Positions 11,705 through 24,300 of a DNA stretch of 64,000 nt are shown here, in pieces. Below the pieces are notes generated by a model. It saw only the letters and a list, made by a program, of their open reading frames with translations, had not been told where the DNA came from and made no database searches. Every line of letters starts with the position of its first letter. Within the stretch, counting starts at the first letter, position 1. Source of the stretch: Octopus sinensis (Eukaryota); the NCBI RefSeq assembly GCF_006345805.1, contig NC_042999.1, positions 148,862,001 to 148,926,000 of the forward strand, read 5' to 3'. Made by a program: the position numbers and the translations under genes.

Positions 11705-13060
11705 GAAAGGTAACTCTTCTAGGAGAAAGATGCCTAGACATAAAACTTGCTGTCAAAATAGTACCAGCCATCTTTCAATGTTTGAACTAGAACCTGTTGT
11801 GGTGTCTAAGAGAGTATCGGAAGTGTTGGAGATGCTTTTGTCACTGAAATCCAATGACGTACAGATGTCTCTCCAGTTTTTCATTCCTTGATCTGTTTTG
11901 TATTGTATAACACCCTATGGCAATGGACATTTGCTCACATGCAAGGATGAAAGTAAGTCAGAACAATCAGGTTGAATGTGAGACAGCTATCATCTGACAA
12001 GATGAGGCAATGTATATATACATTTGTGTGTGTGTGTGTGTGTCTGTGTATGTTTGTGTATGTATTTTTATGTCTCTATGTATATAAAGTGTGTATGTGT
12101 GTCATGAATATGTGTTTATCGTGAACACACATATATTTATATGGAGAGAAAGAAGAGCAAGAGGAGGGGAGAGAGAGGAGCAAGGAGAGGGGAGAGAGAG
12201 GAGCAAGGGGAGGAGAGAGAGGGAGAGATGATAATCGTCTTGGCATGTAGGATGTTGAGATCAATGAAATCAACTACTTGTGCTCGCAAATATGTGTGTG
12301 TGACTATATATGTATATGTATATGCATGTGTTTTATGTATGTGTGTGACAACTGGTAGATCCAATCATTACTTATAATAGATTATAATTAGTTAGTCAGA
12401 GGCAGGGTCCTTCCCAAACTGGTGCAGTTGATATACTTTTTAAACATCTGTAGATAATATCTGCAGGAAACGAATAGTTGGGGATGGGATTCCAAAGGCT
12501 GCAGTTCTAGAAAGGTCTTGGGGCCATTTAGTACAAACTGTACTCTCGCAAACTTAATTGTCTGCTCACCTTATCTAATACACACACACCTGTAACTTGA
12601 GAGGGTGCTCTGAAATATCCTCTTCACCATTTTCTCTCTCTCTTCCCTTTCCTTTTCCAACAGGGGTAGCCATGGTATCTCCTCTATTGCAAGACACCTA
12701 TTTCTGTACCCATATTCATGCCCTAACTTCCCATCCCCTGACGCAAAGCTACATCCACATCCCTCGATACTATATGCCCCTCATTTCAGGGGGCTTGTCT
12801 AACAGGTTACCTGGTAACCTCTCTGGTTCTGGTGCTACAGAGAAAGCACTCAATATGCTTTAAAATGGTTGGTGTTGGGAAGGGCATCCAACCAGAGAAA
12901 CCATGCCAATTGGGAAGAGCATCCAGCCGGAGAAACCCTGCCAAAACAGACAGTTGAACTTGATGCAATCCACTGACTTGCCAGTTCCTGTCAAACTATC
13001 CGATCCATGTCAGCATGAAAGAAGGGCATTGAATGATGATAACGATGATATTAATAATAT

Positions 13061-13620
13061 ACAGGGGTTGGACAATATAACAGAAATGTCATGATGTAGC
13101 TATTTTTTTCTATTGGCAATATGAAAAACTCAAAATTGTTCTTAGTCTTTCTATATATATGATTTTTTTTTAGGTTCTTTATGTAGTCTATAAATACCTA
13201 GCACTTCATGATACAGCCCTCTATTTCTTATTTTTAGCAGATTTTTATATTTAAATAAGTTGAACTACATGATCTGTCTGATTTCCAAAGAGAACAAATT
13301 GTTGGAGCGGAGCTTCATTCACTAAAACTGCTGAATTGTTTAATGTTTTGAAAGGTACAGTCACTAAAATCATGTTGACATTTCAAAATCAAGTTAACAC
13401 CAACTCTGGTATGCATAATTTTTAATGGAAAGCAAAGCTCACAGAGAAGGGCTACATAATAGTGAAATATATATTGTGTCTAAAAACAACTGAACTACTG
13501 CAGCAAAAGTGACAACAGAACTAAACTGCCACTTTACAAGCCCCGAGTCAACCAAAACTGTTTGACATGAGCTCCATAAAGCTAGGTACCATGTGAGGGC
13601 TACAATTGCTAAACCTTCCC
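13061..13620 (+). mobile_element. Tc1 transposon 5' half (decayed)
   Basis: TA + TIR CAGGGGTTGGACAATATAA. Frames DLSDFQREQIVGA, GASFTKTAELFNV.KGTVTKIM and TTAAKVTTELNCHFTSPESTKTV*HELHKA match Tc1 HTH regions. Confidence 0.8.
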
Positions 13621-14324
13621 TGTCCTCCATCAACACCAACACCAGTCATCAAGTGGTGATGGGGGGAGAAACATAGACACAATGACTCACACACACACAC
13701 ATGCCTGCATGCACACATATGGTAGGCTTCTTTCAGTTTCTGTCTACCAAATCTACTCACAAGGCTTTAGTCAGCCTGAGGTAATAGTAGAATACATTTG
13801 TCCAAGGTGTCATGCAGAGGGACTGAACCTGGAACCATGTGGTTGGGAAACAAGGTTACTACTGCTCAGCCATATGTATATATCGGGGGGGGGGGATCAA
13901 GGACTTTTTTGGGTGGGGTATCGCCCAAAAGTATTTAAAAAATACTATATAAGGTGGAAATCACAATTTGTAACAAATGGACACTTTTTATGTATTCTAA
14001 GTTTGTTGTAGCAGACCATATGCATATGAAACAGTAATGCTGGTAAACTGCTGGAAATAAGATAACAATGTTATTATATTTGCAATGGCGTGGTTAGAAA
14101 GAGGTTGCCCGGGCAACTAGGGCAACACCCCTGCATCTGCCACTGTATATAAAAAGGCTCTCCAATTGATTCAAATGGAGTATTTTACAAACACACTTGA
14201 ACTTCTGATCCACAAATATGCTGTTTCATCACTATGTTTTTCTACTGATTCTTCTGTAGCTACTGTTCCTTGGTGCTAACTAGTTTTGTGCTATCATTTA
14301 GGCCCACTCAACTCATCTGTTTTA

Positions 14325-14860
14325 TAATAATATAATAATAATGAAATTATTGTATACAGTACTCAGGTGCACTATAACTGTTAAAAGTGTGTATAAAGCA
14401 TATGCAGTAATGTACAAATGTCTGGGAAGTGAACAGTGTATGAGTCAGATACATGCTTGTGTGTGTATGGAGGGGAGAAAATCTGGTGTAGTGTTGGCGA
14501 TTCTCAGGAAGCATGGAAGTTTTGAAGGATGCAGTGCTCCAACAACTAACAACTGATGCCGGCAGTTTGTTCCATACTTCAGCAACTCTTAGCGTGAAAA
14601 AATGTTTCTGAAAGTCATGGGAGCTCTGCTGTTTTCTGACTTTGTAAACATGTCCACGGGTGTTAGATAGGTGGAGTTTAAAAAGGTGCTCAAAGTTATT
14701 GTTAGTAAGATGGTTAATAATTTTATGGGTGTCTGCTAAGTCAGTTGCCAGATGGCAGAGTTTCAATGTGTCCATGTCCAGGGAACTTAGGCGTTTAGAA
14801 TATGGCAAATGCTTGATGGAGGGTATTCTCTTGGTTGCACGTCGCTGAACGGTTTCCAGA
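14325..14860 (-). mobile_element. CR1-clade LINE 3' end
   Basis: LETVQRRATKRIP..LPYSKRL..TRGHVYKV..HFFTLRVAEVWNKLP; (TAT)n-like tail near 14330. Confidence 0.85.
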
Positions 14861-15148
14861 CGATTGCAACCCCTTCCTTCCAGAATAGTAGTACCCTTTA
14901 CGTTTCGATATTTTCCCTTTTTCATGCGACAGTCATCAATTTGCAGTGATTGAAAATAAACGCGACTGCTATGGGCGCAACACCTTCCTCCAGACTAATT
15001 CACGTTCACAAAATAAATAAATAAATAACAGGAGGAAGAAAATCAAACAAAATTTGAGTTAAACTTTGTTCTGAAAATCAACATCAGAATGTCTGGCAAT
15101 TTACCATCAATAACGGGTAAATGTTTCCTGTAGAACGGCATATCAGTT

Positions 15149-15187
<39 letters not shown>
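15149..15187. repeat. (GA)n microsatellite
   Basis: Direct reading. Confidence 0.9.
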
Positions 15188-16039
15188 TCGCCAGGAATGT
15201 ATTTATAAATGTATTAGAAATATAACAGCTACCACAGTAAATCAATATCACCTGTTCCCCCTAAGCCAGTGATTCACCAACGGTGCGCTGCAAGGGGTAT
15301 CTAGGTGCACCGCGGATTTTAAAAAATATTAAGGTTTTAGAAAATCTATACCAATGCCTGAGTGTCTTGAAAAACGTTGTTCTCAGTTTTGTTAAACACA
15401 AATATGATTAATAAAACAAGCTACGCAATAGTTTTTATCATTTTTTCTGAATTTTCAACTTTAAAGTATAGTTTATTTGTTTGTTCGTTTGTTTTTTTTT
15501 TCTAAATTTCTATGTGAAATGTGCCAATATTTTTTTATTTAATCTTCAATGCATCATGAAATAAAGAAAAAAAAATTAAGCAACAGTACTATGCGAAGTG
15601 CGCGTGTGAGCGAACGCACGCGTTCTGCAAGTAGCGCACTAAAGAATTAAGCGTGTGCACACTAGTTAATTACCTAAAACAATGTAGTAATTCATAATTA
15701 TACACATTATACAGTCAATGTGCACATACTTTTGTCACAGTAGGTAAAAAAGTACATCATGAGAATTACGCGCGCACTGACTGCTAAAAATTAGAAGGAA
15801 AATCAAAACAGATGTTTCTAATTATTTTATTATTATTGTGAACACAAATTAACTGGAACAAAATGTTTCAAAAAGTTTAATGCTTTAAAAATTTTTTGAA
15901 CGAAAAAATAAAAAATAAAGAATACAGATAATTATTTATGAAAATAAATTAATATTGGAGAAATGCGGCGCGGATTTCAAGTAAAATTGTACGTGGTTAT
16001 ATTCCCTTATGAAACGAACTCTTTAAATATAAAGTTAGC

Positions 16040-16123
16040 TTTGCTATAACAACGTGTATGGCGGTTTCTTGACAAATTGAAATCAGTTTAAGACGAGTAG
16101 AAAACGTGTGTTTTATATTAAAT
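16040..16123 (+). promoter_or_regulatory. Putative Nup93 TSS region / non-coding first exon
   Basis: Exon 18161 has a strong acceptor upstream of the ATG, so a 5' UTR exon must exist. Here there is a CpG-enriched unique stretch, a YY1-like ATGGCGG (16058-64) and a consensus donor GTAAGT at 16124. The start coordinate is approximate. Confidence 0.4.
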
Positions 16124-18189
16124 GTAAGTCCTTGTGGTTGTAAAATTTGCTACAACATACACATTTGTATTTTCAACGATTTCTTTTGTTATTTACCGAA
16201 AATTACCTGTCAGTCTTTACAGTTCGACCGGCAATTTGTAATTAGCCGGGGGTCTTCGAATGCATGTGTGTATTTATTTATTTATTTTTCTGTTGAATCA
16301 ATTTGTCTTTTAATTAAGTTATAACTTAATTTTAACTAAATGGAATTTGCTTTCTAACTTCGTATAGAGAGGACACCCCTGGTAGAATGCAATTAATGTC
16401 TTGTGGGTTTATTATTTCAAATTATAAGCGGCTCTTGTCCAGGTTGCCTTCCTTTTTGAAAGGTAACATTCATATATATATATATCATTAATATATACCT
16501 TCTTTTGTTATTTACCGGGGTAGCCACTTGCACGTCACTAATATATATATATATATATCAAAAAGAGATTAAAATAGAACATTAATATTAACCGAAATCT
16601 ACTTAACACCCTAATTATTCTGACAACGTGATCTTTTATCAACAACGTTTCGTGTAGGAAGTAATAATTTTAAGCTAAAAAGTCTTGCATAATCTTTAGG
16701 TGACCAAATATTTGAACTTTTAGAAACATGTGATCAAAATGTTTCCAGTTTGGCTCTTCAAATTCTTGTTTAGATGGGGTAAATCCCGATACATTGCATA
16801 CAGGTTGTTTCTCCCATTATCCCTGCTTTAAAATGTTTTCTAAATGTAAAATCTGCGTGTGTAAGTTTTCGGTGATTTGTATATGAATTGTTAATTAAAA
16901 AAATATTGTAATAGTGGGATACCCGTAAGTTAATTTTGAAGTAGGTGTGGCATTTATTTTTGAGTCAGTCATAGATGTAACTTTGATGTTCAGAAGCAAC
17001 TCACGAAACAGAAATACCTTGTTATTGTACAAACAAACAAAATGTATTTTTTTGACTGCTTAAGTTATAAATAAAAGAGCTATAAAGATGTTCAACATAA
17101 AGTGTTATTTAGACATTAGCACCAGTTTGGGACAAAAAGAAAACGTGTGTGTGTTTGGACCTTAGCATCACTTAACAACTTGTATTGGTTTGTTTGTGTC
17201 CCTCTTAGTGGTTCGTTGAAAAAGTGACTAATAAAATAACCTTTGGGAGCAATCTGTTCAACTAAACCCTTCATGGTGGTACCCCAGCTGGGCCATAGTC
17301 CAATGACTGAAACATGTACAAGGTATATATTAATGGATTGATCTGGAGGAAGGAACAGATCTCTGATGTAAATTTGATGCAGTGATATTCCACTTGAAAA
17401 ACTGCAGGAAAAACATGGGCCTGGAAGACCTAATTATCATTGACTTCAAGGTGTCAAACATTACCTATTACTTGTGAGTGAGAGTTCTCTTGGATTAAAG
17501 CAGTGATGTGTTACAATGATACAGTTGGAAAAATTAGTAACAAATGTATCATAGGAACATGTGACTTAGTTACTCTATTCTTGATATTTAATGAGTCTAA
17601 ATTTTTAACTAGGTTCTCTGAATTTCTCTTTCTTCAATGAATTAAAGTATAATATATTGAAGAAATAGGTAACTAAGTGCAAGCATGGCTGTGTGGTTAA
17701 GAGGTTTGTTTCCCAACCCTGTGATTTCATGTTCAGTCCCACTATGTGGCACTTTGGACAGGTGTTTTCTTCTATAACCCTGAGCCTACCAAAGCTTTGT
17801 GAGTGGAATCAGTAGATGGAAACTAAGGATGCTCATTATATGTGTGTGTTTGTGTTTCCTTGTCTTAACATCACAATAGTTGTATGACAAGCATCATCAT
17901 ATAAATGGTCTCATTTGTTTCCAATCTTCCATGAAAAACATATCTTGCCATGGGGAAATATCTTGCTTGGAAACATGTAAAGATTGGCAACAGGAAGGGC
18001 TTTGACTGTAGAAATTCTACCTCAGAAAATTCCATCTGATCCATGCAGGCATAGAAAAGTGGATGTGAAAACAATGATGATGATTCATTACAGAAATATC
18101 TGTTTTTAATTGTGATTTAAAATTATAAAAAAATTTTCATGTTCTTCTTTTTGCCTCCAGTTGAATTTGGTTGACACAAAAGATTCAAG

Positions 18190-18371
18190 ATGAATATTGA
18201 CGGAGGAGGTTTTGGTGATCTGCTACAGCAGGCTGAACAAATGACTGCTGAGCTTGATATTGGGATGGACCTTCCCAGAGTAGAACGTAATCCACGCCAG
18301 ATTCTTAAAGAATGTCAAACCCTCCTCTCACAAGTAGCTCCTGTAAACAAGGAAACAATGAAAGTAAAAGC
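18190..18371 (+). CDS. NUP93: Nup93 coding exon 1 (exon starts 18161)
   Basis: [34 protein letters not shown]...KVKA; donor GC|gtaagt. Confidence 0.95.
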
Positions 18372-21300
18372 GTAAGTAATCTACACTTGTTATGATTCTT
18401 TTCACTTTTAACAGGTACAGGTGCCTCTGTTGTTCAGATGCTGAACTCCTAACCAGGTAATGAGTTCAGTCAAACCTTGTCCAAAGCTACTGTACTGAGC
18501 TGTGCCTCTAGGTAAAGTACTAAACTCTGCTTGTCTCAGTCTACTTGGCTGCTAATACTTTTCATTTTTACTTTACAGTTGAGTATTTAGGAAGGATATC
18601 CATATGTAAAGAAAACTTGTTTTAACAAAATGAAAATATTTTAATTTTGACCTGCCCAGACGTGACTGTGTGGTTACAAAATTCACTTAACAGCCACAGT
18701 GTCCGGGTTCAGTCCTATTGCATGGCACCTTGGGTAAGTGTCTTCTGTTATAATCTTGAGCTGGCTGGTGCCTTTGGAATGAAATTGGGAGCAGAATAAA
18801 GGGTAAAATTAGTTAATTAATTAATAATCTTACCAAGTAGTTCAGTATGTTAAAAAACCATTATTGCTAAACTTATACAAAAATTCTATAATTATAATTA
18901 GGGTTCAGCAAAAATTTGCTTCACCACATACCGAAATTTAGAAATAGCAGTTAAACTAATATTTTAGTACCATAAGAAAATCTCCCAGACAGCAATACTC
19001 AACAACTCACGCAGGTAAAGAGAAAAAACAATGAATCCACTCGGCTCTGATTAACTGTATACGCGTTTCAGAGTTAGAGGGATGTGAAAAATGTAAAATC
19101 ATATTTCTACTCTCTCATTCTCCTCTTCAGTACAGTAATTCAAGATTTTAAATTTGTGAGCCCTGAAAATTAACATACTTATCTGACCAAGCGACATCAG
19201 ACAACGTATATCCAACGACCAGTACTTCCGAATTCAAACAGACGAATGAGATCTCATATTCCTCCTCACTCACCTATGTGTGCCAACGAGTAAAATTCCG
19301 CAGAAAACTGCAGTTTACTATCAGGGAGAGAATTATATTATCAATAATAATAAAGGGTAAAATTAATTAATAATTAATAGTTTTACCAAGTAGTTTGGTG
19401 TGTTAAAAGAACCATTATCGGTAAACTTATACAAAAATTCTATAATTATAAGTATAATTATAATTAGGGTTCAGCAAAAATTTGCTTCACCACATACCGA
19501 AATTTAGAAATAGGTCAATCTAATTGACTGGCCCCTACCCCCAAAATTTCGGGCTTTGTGCCTAGAGTAGATAAGAATATGTTCTGGTAGATTTAAATGT
19601 GAATATCTGATTGTTATTTTTGAGACACCGTTGTGTTTCAACCTCATTGTGTGTCTCCTCAGTTAAAGCTACTCCTGCCTGACTGATGAATCTAAGAAGC
19701 ATGAACTCATTTATTTCAATCATCATTGTTGTTTTAACAACTACTTTTCCATACCTGCATAGGTTAGAAGAGTTTATTGAAGCAGATTTATAAACCAACT
19801 CTTATCCATTTTCAAGCAAGATCATATTTCCCCATGGCCAGGCATTTTTTTCACAGAATATTAGAGACAGGTGACACTCCATAGTGCTAAGACAAGAAGA
19901 CACAAACAGACATATAAATATGTGTATATGGCAGGCTTTCAATTTCCATCTGCCACATCCACTCTCAAGGCTTTGGTTGGCTTGAGGCTTTAATAGAAGA
20001 CACTTGTCAAAGGTGATACACAGTGGGATTGAACCTGAAATCATGTAATTGGGAAGCAAGTTTCTTAACCCCACAGCCATGCAAACAAATTATTTGTTCT
20101 CATCTGCTTTCTATTTTTTTTTCTGTTTCTAGTTCTCTTGTACTTGGGAGCCAAGGATATGATGTCTCAAAGGTGTCTCAACGTCTTGATACTCTGACTG
20201 CTAAGAAGGCATTTGAACCCCTTGAACCTGTACGAGACACTGATATTGAGGTAATGTTAATTATAATCAGTATTAATTAAATATTTGATCTTTGTAACCT
20301 ATTATGTAACATCATTTGACTGCTCCTTCATACAGTTGAAACCATTGATATCAAATTTGGTGACTGGCATCCGTTGCTAGTGGAGCGCTAAGAGTACCAT
20401 ACGAGTGAGATCGTTGCCAGAGCAACAAGCTGGCCTTCATGCCGATGGCACGTTAAGCACACCATTCAAGCGTGATCGTTACTAGCACTTACTAGCACTT
20501 GTGCTGGTGGCATGTGAAATATTTTTGCGAGGTCGTCGCCAGTGCCCCTGGACTGGCTTCTGTGCAAGTGGCACATAAAAAGCACCATTTGGGCGTGGCC
20601 ATTGCCAGTACCACCAAACTGGCACGTAAAAGCACCCACTACACTCTCAGAGTGGTTGGCGTTAGGAAGGGCATCCAGCTGTAGAAACCCTGCCAGATCA
20701 GATTGGAGTCTGGTTCGCCAGACCTCAGTCAAATTGTCCAACCCATGTTAGTATGTATGGAAAGCAGACGTTAAATGATGATGATGTTGACATTGTTTAC
20801 GCAATTGAAACTATTGATATTTATATAGGCACAGGTGGCACCTTGGGCAGAAACTAAAAGAAGCCTGTCATGTGGGTGTGTGTATATGTTTGTTGTCTGT
20901 TTGTCCCCCCACCATTGCTTGACAGCGATGTTGGTGTGTTTATGTCCCCTGTAACTTAGCAGTTCGGCAAAAGCGACCGATAGAATAAGTACTAGGCTTA
21001 CAATGGGTTCAATTTGTTCAACTAAAGGTAGTGCTCCAGCATGGCCGCAGTCAAATGACTGAAACAAATAAAAGAATATGATATCGTTCACGCAATTAAA
21101 ACTATTGATATTTATATATTGTTGGTATTTTTTTCAGGGATTCCTTAAGAATGAACGGGAGAATGCTTTACTTACCGTTATCGAGAACGCTCGAAAAAAT
21201 GTGAGTGAATATATTTTATTTATGATTTCTGTATTTTGTTAACCCATTCCTGCCAATCGTCTGTTTAAACTTACACTTAATTTATAAGGATATAAAACAA

Positions 21301-24300
21301 ATACTTGATACAAATTATGATTTGTGTATGATCTGTATCAAAGAATGAAACATGTTCTTAATGCATATGCAGTCTGTATATGTAATATGGAAATATTTTT
21401 CATTCTTTTTTTTTTTTTTTTTGTGAATTTTACATTCAATTTCAAAATTCTGATGTAAGCATGTTATGGTGATTTCAATGAAATTTTTTTCAGTTGTTAT
21501 TTAGGTAAAAATAATAGTATCTGAATTTTCAAGGAATTTCATTCACTAGAAAAATTTTGGCATGAATGGGTTAATGTAAATATTTTCTTTCTTTTTGTTT
21601 TTTTTTTGTGAATTTTACTTACATTTTCAAAATTCTAATGTAAATGTGTTATGTTGATTTAAGGATAGGTTATGACTGATAACATGTACAAACCTTTTTA
21701 ATTAATGTTAATAAGGAATAATTAGCTTTTGGCTGAGTATTTAGCATTGGATAAATGTGCAGATGTGACTGTGTAGCTAAGGAATTTTTTCTACCACATG
21801 GTCTTGGGTTCAGTCTCACTGGTTAGCACCTTGGGCAATTGTTTTCTACTATAGCCCTGAGCTGACTAAAGTCTTGTGAGTGGATTTGGTAGATGGAAAC
21901 TGAAAGAAGCCTGTTGTATATGTGTGTGAGTGTTTGTGTCTTCTTGTATTGACATAGTTTGAGAGTTGTAAAATGTTTGTTACTGTCATACAAGCAGTGT
22001 CATTTGTTTCCAGTATTCTGTGAGACCATGTCTAGTCATGAGTAAATATTACATTGTGGAAGTTTAAGGGTTGGTGTCAGGAAGAGCATCTGGCTGTAGA
22101 AAATTTGCTCTCTTTCTTTCTCTCTCTTCCTCTCTCTGGCTGGTAACCATGTACTACCTCTACAGCAAGACATCTGTTTCGGTCTCTCTGTCACACTCTA
22201 ACCTTTCATCATCTTACACAAGATCACCTCCTCCAATGCCTCCTCTCAAAGGTTCCTTGTCTGGCAACATTACTTGGTGACCCTGCCAGTGCAGGTGCTA
22301 TGTAAAAAAACATCCAGTCCACACTGTAAAGTGATTGGCATTTGGAAGGGAATCTAGCTGTAAAAACCATGCCAAAACTGACCTTGCTTGTGCTGGTGCC
22401 ACATAAAAAGCATTCAGCCTGCTCTGTGGTGTGGTTGGTGTTAGGAAGGACATTCAGACGTAAAAACCATGCTAAAACAGACTCAGAAGCCTAGTATAGG
22501 CTCATGCCTGGCCAGCCCCTGTGAAACCGTCCCACCCATGTCAGCATGGAAGGAGGATGTTAAATGATGATGATAATTCCGTCCGTCCCATGCATGCAAA
22601 AGTGAACCTTAAAATAGTAATGTTGGTTATATGTGTGATAGTGTTTACATGATGCTTTTTCGTAGAATGGTCTAAGATGTTTGATTTTCTGCTGCAGACT
22701 TTAGAGACCTGTGAACAAAGACTGTGGGGATCAATGGAAGAAGAGTGGGAACGAGAAAAGCAGAAAATGTTGAATGCTTTGTTAGGAACAGGACACCAAA
22801 TGTTGGATTATTCTCAGGAAACTGAGGTAAGTTCTTCTGTGCAATAATGTGCCATACTTTTGATCTGGATGTAGTTTTATTGAACATACAGAGACAACTT
22901 TTTTCACAGGACTGTCTTTTAAATGGCAGATTCATCAATGTTGAAGTGAGACAGTATAACATTTTTAGTATTCATTATATTGGGTTGTCCGGAAAGTTCG
23001 TGCTGATTTTTAAAAGAAAGAAAAAGGTCAATAAATACTTGCCATTACATTTTTAATCAACCAAATGTGAACCGTTTTGTTGCACAATGCGTCTCTATCT
23101 TCCCTTTAACTTGAAAATTCCCAGAATTGAGGTGGTTTCATGGCAAAGAATTCATCAAAGTATCTTTTTACGTCATCCAAAGAATTGAAATTTTTACCAT
23201 TAAGACTATTCTGCAGAGACCTGAATAAGTGGAAATCTGAAGGAGCAATATCTGGTGAATATGGAGGGTGGGGTAACACATCCCAGCCAAGCTGCAGCAA
23301 TTTTTGTCTGGTTCCCAAAGCATCAAATGCCAAAAATGAACTTTCTTATCTTCCATTTTAAAGGGTTACAGAATTAACACAGGTTATAGGAACATAAATT
23401 TTCTTCTACAAAAAGATAGCTTAAACTGTGCTCTGAATAGAGGTGTAGTCAAATCCTGTTTTATGGATTCAACCATGTTCTAAAATAAGTCGAAAGGTAA
23501 GCAACTATAAATCGGCACAAACTTTCCGGACAACCCAATAAAAATAAATATTTTAAATTCTTCTAATCTTTGTTTTTCTCTCCCTTCTCTCTCTTTATAC
23601 CTTCTAGTTTGATAAGTGGCCTTTGAGGCAATTTTGTAACAGTTTGACTGATTAAAGTATACTCATGTATTGCAATTTTTATTGTTCCTGTTTGTTCCCA
23701 CCCAACCTTTGTATGTGTGAATGAAGGAAGCAAACATTAACCAGAAAACTGAAAAGTCTGTGCTGTTTGAATAAAGTCCCTTGCTATATTTGTTCTGCAC
23801 AAATTAGAGACACTCCCTTGTCACTCTTGTCATCATGAATGCCAGGAGTAAGTGCTTGTTTAATTGGAAATTTGTAATTATTTGTTCTGTTAATCACCAG
23901 TTAAAATATTAATGTACTCACACAAAGAGAGCATGGAACTTAGTCAGTGAGGTACCAACTGAGAGATCGGTGGTTTGTATCATGTTACTGACACCACATA
24001 ATCTCCTGAGAAGACATTTAGGTTTTTAACTGTTTGGTCCATCTATCTATAAATAGATATTGCAAAGTAAGAAGGAGACACTGCTGTAAACCTTGCTAGT
24101 ATTCATCATCATCATCATCATCATCAGTCTATTGTCCTTGCTGGTATAGGTTGGACGGTTTGACTGGGCTGGCATGCTGGAAGGCTGTGTCAGGATCCAG
24201 TCCGATTTGGCATGGTTTTCTACAGCTGGATGTCCTTCATAATGCCAATCACTCTGAGGGTGTAATGGGTGCTTTTACATGCCACCAGCACGGGTGCTAT

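Noticed and set aside
11760-11935. Possible exon MKNWRDICTSLDFSDK... on -
   Set aside because: The neighbouring frame (IQNRSRNEKLERHL) resembles a decayed LINE C-terminus; splice sites are weak
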